Assembly: GCA_051651645.1 (NCBI GenBank)
Contig: JBOFSR010000016.1
Coordinates: forward strand, 1 to 56,993
Length of the DNA: 56,993 nucleotides
Reading direction: 5' to 3'
Source: Treponemataceae bacterium
Lineage (GTDB): Bacteria > Spirochaetota > Spirochaetia > Treponematales > Treponemataceae
The notes under the pieces were generated by a model, which worked only from the letters and a program-made list of their open reading frames with translations, had not been told where the DNA came from and did not search any database. This document shows positions 34,062-42,181 of this stretch, piece by piece; the first letter of the stretch is position 1, and every line of letters starts with the position of its first letter. The translations under genes and the position numbers were made by a program.

Positions 34062-34096
34062 AGCCTAATACTACCAGCATTATTAAAAAAAATCAA
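33411..34096 (-). repeat. Conserved head repeat, copy A
   Basis: Nearly identical to the heads of copies B and C, up to and including the TTGATT -35 element. Confidence 0.85.
34068..34096 (-). promoter_or_regulatory. Putative promoter of copy A (leaderless geometry)
   Basis: TTGATT (34096..34091), 17 nt, TAGTAT (34073..34068), TAGGCT, ATG. This is the best -10 of the three copies. Confidence 0.4.
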
Positions 34097-34139
34097 CTCA
34101 CGTGGTTTTAGAATAACCTATTTCACTGCTTTTTATAAA

Positions 34140-35246
34140 TCATATAGGATGTGATCCGTAATCGCCACGCTGGCCTGTTAATTCATAGCCGATTGATGAT
34201 ATGTTTTTTTTCTGGAGAGCTACTCCTTCAGCGGACTCGGTTCCTGTAGCAATTTTGTCATTGTAGAGCAGGTATTTTTTGCGGACGCTCAGAGGTGAAA
34301 GATTGGGCATTACAACATTCGCTCCTGCAAGTATTCCTAGTAGCTGTCCCCCTGGGATCAAGGTTCCTAATGCGGTTGTTGCTGGTAGCGGTGATTTTGG
34401 AAAAAGTAATCGGGTTATGCTGAGCATAATCAAGGTGAGCTCCAATGATCCATTTTTTTTATTGGCGAATGGCGTATCCTCATGCGTTAAAAATGGTCCC
34501 ATTCCAATCATTTCAGGCTGAATTTCTTGCATGAACATCAAATCTTCTACGATTGTATCAAGCGTTTGGTGCGGGCTGCCAATCATAATGCCAATTCCCG
34601 TCTGGAAATGTAGCTGCTTAAGTGTGCGAATGCAACGTTTTCGATTTTCTAAGTTCATACTCGACGGATGCAGTTTTGCATAATGCTCATCATTTGCCGT
34701 TTCATGACGGAGTAAAAATCTATCAACTCCAGCTTTTTTAATCGCTTGGTAAAAGGAATCAGACTTCTCTCCAATTGAAAGAGTTAATGCACAGTCAGGA
34801 TATTTTTGCTTTATGGCGGCAATGATTTCAGTCATTTTTTCAGCGGTGTAATAATCCTCCTCGCCACCTTGCATTACAAAACTTCGAAAACCGAGTGTAT
34901 AGCCTTGCTCATAGCAGGAAAGAATTTGTTCAAGTGAGAGGCGGTAGCGCTGTGCCTTTGAATTGGTTGCTCGAAGTCCGCAGTAATAGCAATCATTTTT
35001 GCAATAACTGCTAAACTCAATTAGCCCGCGCATATAAACCTTGTTGCCAAAGATGCTTTGCGAAACTTTTTGAGCAGTGCTGCGTAAATATTCTTTTAAT
35101 TCAGCAATCTTAGCTTGTTCGGTCTGTGTTAAAACTTTTTGATCCAGCGAGTTTTCAAACTCAAACGAAGAAAGCAGGATTTTTGCATCCTGTTTTGAAA
35201 GCATTTGAGTTTTTTTTATGGTGTCAATAATTTGTTTCGCTTGCAT
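34140..35246 (-). CDS. hydE: [FeFe]-hydrogenase H-cluster radical SAM maturase HydE
   Basis: 368 aa. The CKNDCYYCGLR radical-SAM cluster, LLRHETAN, GPFLTHEDTPFA and LPATTALGTLIPGG blocks match my recollection of Thermotoga HydE closely. GGAGAG RBS. Confidence 0.8.
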   Translation of the reverse strand: MQAKQIIDTIKKTQMLSKQDAKILLSSFEFENSLDQKVLTQTEQAKIAELKEYLRSTAQKVSQSIFGNKVYMRGLIEFSSYCKNDCYYCGLRATNSKAQRYRLSLEQILSCYEQGYTLGFRSFVMQGGEEDYYTAEKMTEIIAAIKQKYPDCALTLSIGEKSDSFYQAIKKAGVDRFLLRHETANDEHYAKLHPSSMNLENRKRCIRTLKQLHFQTGIGIMIGSPHQTLDTIVEDLMFMQEIQPEMIGMGPFLTHEDTPFANKKNGSLELTLIMLSITRLLFPKSPLPATTALGTLIPGGQLLGILAGANVVMPNLSPLSVRKKYLLYNDKIATGTESAEGVALQKKNISSIGYELTGQRGDYGSHPI

Positions 35247-35325
35247 AACTCTCCATGCACATCTTTTGCTGTCCTTTTGTTTTGCTCACGTGATGTGCAT
35301 TTTTACAACGGACACACGGCTTAAA

Positions 35326-36663
35326 TTACTTGATTGCTAAAACAGTTTTCAAGGCAGGATTTTTCTCTAAATCTTTTTTAAATCCTTCTGCTCGAGCTTT
35401 ATTCACATAGTCTTTTGATTGAAATGAGTACGTGAATTTTGTGTGAACATCGTATGTTCCTTGCGTCAATGCATAGGTATCTTCTGTCATAACAAGCTCT
35501 TCGTCTGTAGGAATAACAAGGATTTTGATTTTTGAATCATCAGCACTAATGCACATTTCGGCATTTCGAGTACGAGCAATTTTATTTTTTTCAGTGTCGA
35601 TTTTGATACCAAGATGCTCAAGGCCTTTGCATGCTTTTTCACGCACAAAATGAGCAAACTCGCCAACACCTGCGGTGAAAACAATTGCGTCGGGCGTACA
35701 ACCGAGTCCTGCAATATAGCTACCAATGTATTTTTTTAAGCGATAGCATTCGATATCTTGTGCAAGCAAAGCTTTTTTGTCGCCTTTTTCTAAGGCAGCT
35801 TGCACATCGCGGCGGTCAACATATTGGCCTGTAATGCCCAAAAGCCCTGAGTTTTTATTCAAAGCTGAATCAACCTCGCTTGCACTCATTTGTGCTCGAT
35901 TCATAATATACAATGGCAAAGCAGGATCAACATCGCCACATCGAGTGCCCATAACCAACCCCTCAAGCGGAGTTAAGCCCATTGAAGTATCATGACAGCA
36001 GCCATTTTTTACTGCACAGCAAGAAGATCCGTTTCCTATATGCAAAATGACAAGATTTGTTTTTTGAGGATCTTTATCCAAAATAACGCTCGCACGTTTT
36101 GCTGTGTATACGTAAGATGTGCCGTGAAATCCGTAGCGGCGAGCGGCGTATTTTTCATACCATTCGTGCGGAATTGCGTACATAAAAGAAGATGGCGGCA
36201 TTGTTTGATGCCACGCCGTATCCATTATTGCCGCATGAGGAACATTGGGAAGCACTTTTTGTGCAGCCTCTATGCCGAGCAAATTTGCAGGTTCATGGAG
36301 CGGAGCAAGCGGAATAATACTACGGAAAGATTCGATCACTTCTGGCGTTATCAAAACTGATTTTGTGAATTTTTCGCCCCCATGCACAACACGATGTCCA
36401 ACCGCCTTAACCTCGCTCATATTTTTTATCACACCAACGCTCAGATCGGTGATTGTTGTCATAATTTTTTCAATCGCGTTTGTGTGATTTTTGCAATCAA
36501 ATTCCACTTGGTACGTGTCTTTTCCCTTTGCGTTATGCTCAATATTCGCACCAGAGCCACCAATTCGCTCGATTACACCGAACGCCAATACATCCTTATT
36601 TGCCCAATCATACAACTGATATTTTGCAGACGAACTGCCACAATTAAGAGTTAAAATAACCAT
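35326..36663 (-). CDS. ackA: Acetate kinase
   Basis: 445 aa. [17 protein letters not shown]-terminus, [16 protein letters not shown] and VIPTDEEL. It carries a C-terminal extension of about 45 aa compared with the roughly 400-aa E. coli and Methanosarcina enzymes. Confidence 0.9.
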   Translation of the reverse strand: MVILTLNCGSSSAKYQLYDWANKDVLAFGVIERIGGSGANIEHNAKGKDTYQVEFDCKNHTNAIEKIMTTITDLSVGVIKNMSEVKAVGHRVVHGGEKFTKSVLITPEVIESFRSIIPLAPLHEPANLLGIEAAQKVLPNVPHAAIMDTAWHQTMPPSSFMYAIPHEWYEKYAARRYGFHGTSYVYTAKRASVILDKDPQKTNLVILHIGNGSSCCAVKNGCCHDTSMGLTPLEGLVMGTRCGDVDPALPLYIMNRAQMSASEVDSALNKNSGLLGITGQYVDRRDVQAALEKGDKKALLAQDIECYRLKKYIGSYIAGLGCTPDAIVFTAGVGEFAHFVREKACKGLEHLGIKIDTEKNKIARTRNAEMCISADDSKIKILVIPTDEELVMTEDTYALTQGTYDVHTKFTYSFQSKDYVNKARAEGFKKDLEKNPALKTVLAIK

Positions 36664-36904
36664 TTCGTACCTCGATTTTTAGCTTTAAGCTGATTTGTTT
36701 TATGTGCAACTTTAAAAAAGTTGAGAGAAGCTATTTTGCCACAAATGCTATCAAAAGATTTACAGAAAATAGCAATTTATCATTAAATAGAAATCATCTG
36801 TATTATAGTATAAATCGTTCTATAAAAAATCACAAGGGAAAAATAAAAAAAAAGCGTGCATGATTTTTTGAACGCTCTAGTAGGACGCACTCCGTACAAA
36901 ACTC

Positions 36905-36933
36905 TTTACTTTTTTTGCTTATTTGGATATAAT
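36905..36933 (+). promoter_or_regulatory. Putative sigma70 promoter of pgk
   Basis: TTTACT (36905..36910), 17 nt, TATAAT (36928..36933), 33 nt upstream of the ATG. GGAGG RBS. Confidence 0.35.
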
Positions 36934-36965
36934 TTTATAAATTTCAATTATTTCTTGGAGGAATT

Positions 36966-38225
36966 ATGATTAAAACGGTAAAAGATATAGCACTTGCTGG
37001 TAAGCGTGTTATTATGCGTGTGGATTTCAATGTGCCAATGAAAGATGGCGTGGTACAAGACGACACTCGGATTATGGCAGCTCTTCCCACGATTACATAT
37101 ATTCTTGATCAAAAACCACGAAGCTTGGTTTTAATGAGCCATTTAGGGGATCCAAAAAAGGATTCCAAAAAGGCAAAAGAAAAAGCTGAATCTGCTGGAA
37201 AGGCTTTTGATATGGAATCTTATATTGAAGGTAAGCACCGAATGAAGCCTGTGGCAAAATATCTTGAAGGAAAGCTTGGTAAAACAGTCGCTTTTGCTCC
37301 TTCTTGTAAAGACCAAAAAGCGGTTGTTGACGGCTTGGCTGACGGTGGTGTTTTAATGCTTGAAAACACTCGTTTTCATGAAGAAGAAACTGCAAAAGAC
37401 ATTGCTGTGCAAGAAGTTCTTTCAAAAGAGCTTGCAACGTATGGTGATGTTTATGTCAACGATGCATTTGGCACCGCTCACAGAGCACATGCCTCTACTG
37501 CAACAATTGCAAAGTTTGTTCCCGTTAAAGTTGGGGGATTTTTAATGGAAAAAGAGGTAAAATACCTTGATCCGATGGTGTCAAATCCTGCAAAACCGAT
37601 GATTGCGATTATTGGAGGGGCAAAAGTTTCATCAAAAATTGCTGTGCTTGAAAGCCTTTTGAAAAATGCCTCTGCTCTTATTATTGGCGGTGGAATGGCG
37701 TACACGTTTTTAAAAGCACAGGGTCATACTATTGGTAAATCTTTGGTTGAAGACGACTTTATTCAAACTGCAAAGGATTTATTAAAATCTGCAAGTGAAA
37801 AAAATGTAAAAATTATTTTACCCTTAGATCACTTGTGTTCTGCAGATTTTTCCCCTGAGGCAAAGGCTGTTGCCATTGATGCTTTAGATATTCCTGCTGA
37901 TTTAATGGGAATGGACGTTGGCGAAAAAACGGTTGAAGTTTATACTAAAGAAATCCTTGCTGCAAAATCAATTGTTTGGAATGGCCCTGTTGGCGTTTTT
38001 GAATTTGACGCGTTCTCAAAAGGAACAGAAAAACTTGCATATCTTGTTGCACAAGCAACCGATAAGGGTGCAATTTCTGTTGTTGGCGGTGGCGACTCTG
38101 TTGCAGCTGTCAATAAATTTAAACTTGCAAGCAAAATGAGCCATGTTTCAACAGGTGGAGGAGCCTCCCTTGAATACCTTGAGGGCAAAACGCTCCCTGG
38201 TATTGCTGTTTTAGAGACAAAGTAA
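36966..38225 (+). CDS. pgk: Phosphoglycerate kinase
   Basis: 419 aa. [28 protein letters not shown] and STGGGASLE motifs. Confidence 0.95.
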   Translation: MIKTVKDIALAGKRVIMRVDFNVPMKDGVVQDDTRIMAALPTITYILDQKPRSLVLMSHLGDPKKDSKKAKEKAESAGKAFDMESYIEGKHRMKPVAKYLEGKLGKTVAFAPSCKDQKAVVDGLADGGVLMLENTRFHEEETAKDIAVQEVLSKELATYGDVYVNDAFGTAHRAHASTATIAKFVPVKVGGFLMEKEVKYLDPMVSNPAKPMIAIIGGAKVSSKIAVLESLLKNASALIIGGGMAYTFLKAQGHTIGKSLVEDDFIQTAKDLLKSASEKNVKIILPLDHLCSADFSPEAKAVAIDALDIPADLMGMDVGEKTVEVYTKEILAAKSIVWNGPVGVFEFDAFSKGTEKLAYLVAQATDKGAISVVGGGDSVAAVNKFKLASKMSHVSTGGGASLEYLEGKTLPGIAVLETK

Positions 38226-38241
38226 AAATTGTTCATATATG

Positions 38242-38276
38242 TAGGTGATTGGTAGTATATCAATCGCCTGTTTTTT
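38242..38276 (+). terminator. Rho-independent terminator of pgk
   Basis: AGGTGATTG (38242..38250) pairs with CAATCGCCT (38260..38268), giving 9 bp including one G-U. The loop is 9 nt and is followed by GTTTTTTATTT. Confidence 0.7.
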
Positions 38277-38347
38277 ATTTAAAGCATCACAAAAACGTAA
38301 TTTCAAAACATGGTTGCAATTACGCCCTGTATCAAATTGGAGGAAGT

Positions 38348-39676
38348 ATGATTATTGGAAATGGACAATTAATTACGCATAATGCACAAAATGATTTTTT
38401 TAATGACGGATCTGTCGTTGTTGAAAATGGTTTAATTGTTGATTTTGGCAAAACTTTTGACATGCAAACAAAATATCCGCAGCACGAATTTATTGATGCA
38501 AAGGGTAAAATCATTATGCCTGCATTAATTAATACCCATCATCATATTTACAGTGCTTTTGCACGCGGCCTTGTGATGAATAATCCTTGTGCAAAAACGT
38601 TTACGGATATTCTTAAAAATGTGTGGTGGAAAATTGATAAAAATCTCAGCCTTGAGGACACAAAATACAGTGCATACGCAACTCTTGTTGAGTCAATTAA
38701 ATGCGGAGTTGGAACTATTTTTGATCACCATGCAAGTCCCTTTGCTATTGATGGTAGTTTGACAACACTTGCCGAGGCTGCACAAACACTTGGTATTCGG
38801 GGGAGTTTTTGCTATGAATGCTCTGATCGTGACGGCAAGGAAATTTTCCAGCACGGGTTACAAGAAAATATTGATTTTATCAAAAAACATAATGGATCGA
38901 ATCAAACAATGACAAGGGGAATGTTTGGGCTTCATGCCTCGTTTACTTTGAGCAATCAAAGCATGACAGATATTGCGAGTGCCATGAGCTCTAGTGGGGC
39001 AGGCTATCATGTGCATGTAGCAGAGGGCCTTGAAGACGTGCAAGATTGTTTGGATCAGTATAATAAGCGAATTATTAATCGACTCTTTGATTTTAAAATG
39101 CTTGGCGAGAAAACACTAGCGATTCACTGTATTCATGTCACCGAAGAAGAAATGGATTTGCTTAAGCAGACAAAAACGTGCGTGATTAACAACCCTGAGT
39201 CAAATATGGGAAATGCGGTCGGCTGTGCTCCCGTGATTAGAATGATTGAAAAGGGCTTGTGCGTTGGGCTTGGTAGCGATGGCTACACCAGTGATATGTT
39301 TGAGTCAATGAAAGTTGAAAATATTATTCACAAGCATAATTTAGGTAATTCCAATGTTGGCTTTATGGAAACAGGAAAAATGCAATTTGAAAATAATAGT
39401 TTGATTGCAAGTAATCATTTTGGTTTGCCAATTGGCAGGATTGAAAAAAAGGCTAGTGCGGACTTGATTTTGGTTGATTATAATCCGAGTACACCTGTAC
39501 ATGCAAATAATACGCTTGGACATATTTTATTTGGATTTTCTGGCCGATCTATTGATTCAACCATGATTGCAGGTAAATTTGTGATGAAAGACAGAATAAT
39601 TACTACTATTGATGAGCAAGAAGTTTTTGCAAAATCACGTGAAACTGCACAAAAACTATGGAACAAGCTGACATAA
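38348..39676 (+). CDS. ssnA: Amidohydrolase-family protein, SsnA-like putative aminohydrolase
   Basis: The ATG at 38348 is preceded by GGAGGAAG. It has the INTHHHIYS metal-binding HxH and the HVAE and GSDG blocks of the chlorohydrolase/SsnA group. The track start at 38249 lies inside the pgk terminator. Confidence 0.7.
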   Translation: MIIGNGQLITHNAQNDFFNDGSVVVENGLIVDFGKTFDMQTKYPQHEFIDAKGKIIMPALINTHHHIYSAFARGLVMNNPCAKTFTDILKNVWWKIDKNLSLEDTKYSAYATLVESIKCGVGTIFDHHASPFAIDGSLTTLAEAAQTLGIRGSFCYECSDRDGKEIFQHGLQENIDFIKKHNGSNQTMTRGMFGLHASFTLSNQSMTDIASAMSSSGAGYHVHVAEGLEDVQDCLDQYNKRIINRLFDFKMLGEKTLAIHCIHVTEEEMDLLKQTKTCVINNPESNMGNAVGCAPVIRMIEKGLCVGLGSDGYTSDMFESMKVENIIHKHNLGNSNVGFMETGKMQFENNSLIASNHFGLPIGRIEKKASADLILVDYNPSTPVHANNTLGHILFGFSGRSIDSTMIAGKFVMKDRIITTIDEQEVFAKSRETAQKLWNKLT

Positions 39677-39688
39677 TTATTTACAAGT

Positions 39689-40348
39689 TTAAATTCGCAT
39701 TGATTTTTCTTCTTTAATTGAAGTAAACTCATTATGTCCAGGATAAACGATGGTCTTTTCAGGTAATTGAAAAAGCATTTGGAGTGTTTCTCTCATTGTT
39801 CGATAACTTCCACCTGGTAAATCGGTTCTGCCATGAGTGCCCTGAAATAAAGTGTCGCCTGAAAAAAGGCAGTTTTGTTGTGCTGAGTAAAAACAAACAG
39901 AGCCTTGTGTATGCCCTGGCGTATGAATGACTTGTAAGCCTTGTGGAAAATCATCGCAACCGTCAAAAAGAATTTGTTTGTCTTCTAGTAAAAAGTCACT
40001 TTCTGGCAAGGGTGATCCATACTGATCAATAAACGCTGAAGCTCCAATTTTTTCAAAATCGCTTCGATGATTTCGCAGGCCGTCTTTGCCAAGATATTTT
40101 GCATCCCCTTCATGGATATAAATTTTTGCATCCACAAAGTTTTTTTTTAATTCAGGTAGGGCAATTACATGATCTAAGTGCCCATGTGTTAGAATAATTG
40201 CTGAAACGGTTTTATTGGTTTGCTGAGTATGTGCAAGCAATGTATCAAAGTCCCCACCTGGATCAATTAGACAAAGCGAATTGTTTGAAAGAGAAAAACA
40301 GTAGGTGTTGACTTCAAGTGGACCTGTGATAAATCGCTTAAGTTGCAT
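39689..40348 (-). CDS. MBL-fold metallo-hydrolase (glyoxalase II-like)
   Basis: 219 aa with THGHLDH, HTPGHT and a C-terminal GHN block. Confidence 0.8.
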   Translation of the reverse strand: MQLKRFITGPLEVNTYCFSLSNNSLCLIDPGGDFDTLLAHTQQTNKTVSAIILTHGHLDHVIALPELKKNFVDAKIYIHEGDAKYLGKDGLRNHRSDFEKIGASAFIDQYGSPLPESDFLLEDKQILFDGCDDFPQGLQVIHTPGHTQGSVCFYSAQQNCLFSGDTLFQGTHGRTDLPGGSYRTMRETLQMLFQLPEKTIVYPGHNEFTSIKEEKSMRI

Positions 40349-40354
40349 TGTTTT

Positions 40355-40957
40355 CTATATTTGGTCTAAGCTAGACGGCACATCGGTTTGTTCGGTTTCA
40401 GGTGCTTCTGATTCAAGTTCTTCTCGTTTTTTTGAATAACTTACGGGGATCTTTCTTCCACGGTATTCATAGCCGTTGAGTTTTTCAATAACTCTATCTG
40501 CATCTTCTTTAAAAAGTTGTACAAACGAAAAATTTTCAAGTACACGAATAAAGCCTACTCGTTCGCGACCAAGCTCAGCCACGTTCATAACTAAGCCTAA
40601 TAAATCGCGAGGGAACACCCGCCGACTTTTTCCAATTCCAATAAAAATAGTTGCGGCATGCTCTTCTGCGATGTAAACTTTGGGCGATGGCACTCGTTGT
40701 TCTGTTCCTTCATAAGTGCGAGGTCGAGTCCATTTTCCATCAGGCGTATTTCGTCGGCCGTTTTTGCCATGGTGCATTCCATTTTGTGCAAGATACGCCG
40801 CAACATAATTTCGCAAGGCAAATGGTACATTTTTTTTGTATATTTTTTTTAATTTGTCTAAAGCAATAGGATCTTTTGTTGATTTAACCTGATTTACGGT
40901 ATCCTGTAACATAGCAGAAAACTCTGCCTCAAAATTATCGTCGTTTTTAAAACTCAC
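40355..40957 (-). CDS. Stand-alone DbpA-type RNA-binding domain protein (no helicase core)
   Basis: 200 aa. The C-terminal region IFIGIGKSRRVFPRDLLGLV...IRVLENFSFVQL....EKLNGYEYRGRKI resembles the DbpA/CsdA C-terminal RRM-like domain. The N-terminal half is basic. Confidence 0.5.
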   Translation of the reverse strand: MSFKNDDNFEAEFSAMLQDTVNQVKSTKDPIALDKLKKIYKKNVPFALRNYVAAYLAQNGMHHGKNGRRNTPDGKWTRPRTYEGTEQRVPSPKVYIAEEHAATIFIGIGKSRRVFPRDLLGLVMNVAELGRERVGFIRVLENFSFVQLFKEDADRVIEKLNGYEYRGRKIPVSYSKKREELESEAPETEQTDVPSSLDQI

Positions 40958-41034
40958 TATTTTCTCCTAAAATATATATGGTGTGTGAATAAATTTGCTA
41001 GTTTAAAGTTTTCCTAGCAACTAAAATAAACGCA

Positions 41035-41634
41035 TTATGTTAGTTCTGATCTATTAGAAATAACTTTTCCAATTAGGCCATAAGATTTTGATTCTTCTGC
41101 GTTTAACCAATAGTCTCTGTCTGTATCTTGCTCTACTTGAGTAAGAGGTACCCCTGTTTCTTTTGCGATGAGCTCATTTATTTTTGAGCGCAATTTTTCA
41201 ACTTCAAGTGCATGAATTTCAATTTCTGTTGCCACGCCTTTTATTCCGCTCAATGGCTGATGGATTAAGTAATGGCTATTTGGCAAGCCAAGCCGTCGTT
41301 CTTTTGGGCTGCTGAGCAATATTAATGCACCAGCACTTGCTACTAAGCCCATTCCAATCGTATACACAGGTGCAGAAATAAATCGAATCATATCAAAGAT
41401 TGCAAAGCCTGCATCAACATCACCGCCAGGTGAATCTATAAATACATAAATGGGTTCGGAGCTAGCTGCTTCAAGAATTAAAAGCTGTTTGACGACCTTT
41501 TCTGCAAGCGGTTTATCAACTTCTCCTGATAAAATAATTTGGCGAGTTTTTAGAAATTTTTCGACAAATGAATCTGGTGCTGTTTCTTTTTCGTCTTTTT
41601 CGCATGCTAAAAGCTCAATGTTTTCGGTTTTCAT
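41035..41634 (-). CDS. clpP: ATP-dependent Clp protease proteolytic subunit
   Basis: 199 aa. IDSPGGDV, GLVASAGALIL (catalytic Ser context) and IHQP (His). No clpX is adjacent. Confidence 0.85.
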   Translation of the reverse strand: MKTENIELLACEKDEKETAPDSFVEKFLKTRQIILSGEVDKPLAEKVVKQLLILEAASSEPIYVFIDSPGGDVDAGFAIFDMIRFISAPVYTIGMGLVASAGALILLSSPKERRLGLPNSHYLIHQPLSGIKGVATEIEIHALEVEKLRSKINELIAKETGVPLTQVEQDTDRDYWLNAEESKSYGLIGKVISNRSELT

Positions 41635-41737
41635 TTTTATAATATAGGCATTTTTTTTACTTTTGTCTATGACTTTTTTTGTTTTGCTTTAAAGTTTAGC
41701 TTAAACTTTGGACAGTTTTTCAAAGTACTAATTTTCT

Positions 41738-42148
41738 TTAGTTTTCGGTATGTTCGTTAAGGCCATCAACAGAAAATTCTGCAGGAATTTTACTCGGACG
41801 CCCTGTGTCTTTAGAAACACACGCCCATGTAACGGTTGCTTCGACGCATAAAGTGCTGTCTTCTTTGTAAATTTTTTGCTTAAACTCTCCAGAAAAAGCC
41901 TTGCGTTTGGAGGGGTATGTTTCAATAAAAAGTTTATCGTCAAGCAAGGCACTTCCTTTATAGTAGATGTCCACATGCGTAACATACAAGTAAAGTCCTT
42001 GTTTCACAACACTATGATAGTCAAATCCTGCCGCATGCAAAAACTCCATCCTGCCGTATTCAAGGTAGTTAAGGTAAACGGCATTGTTGACATGGGCGTA
42101 GGCGTCGCATTCATACGAACGGACAGTTGTTGTTGCTACGTGTTTCAT
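41738..42148 (-). CDS. Acyl-CoA thioesterase, 4HBT/YbgC family
   Basis: 136 aa. VRSYECDAYAHVNNAVYLNYLEYGRMEFL is the hotdog-fold signature. Confidence 0.75.
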   Translation of the reverse strand: MKHVATTTVRSYECDAYAHVNNAVYLNYLEYGRMEFLHAAGFDYHSVVKQGLYLYVTHVDIYYKGSALLDDKLFIETYPSKRKAFSGEFKQKIYKEDSTLCVEATVTWACVSKDTGRPSKIPAEFSVDGLNEHTEN

Positions 42149-42181
42149 AAATCCTCCCTCCGTAAAAGACGGTACAGTATT

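Noticed and set aside
27516-34096. The three ~0.7-kb direct repeats as possible IS or mobile elements
   Set aside because: They encode the N-termini of intact ORFs. They have no transposase and no terminal inverted repeats. They are paralogous gene segments, not mobile DNA.
38249-38347. N-terminal extension of the amidohydrolase ORF in the track
   Set aside because: It overlaps the pgk intrinsic terminator (38242-38276). The ATG at 38348 has a GGAGGAAG RBS and starts at the conserved N-terminus.
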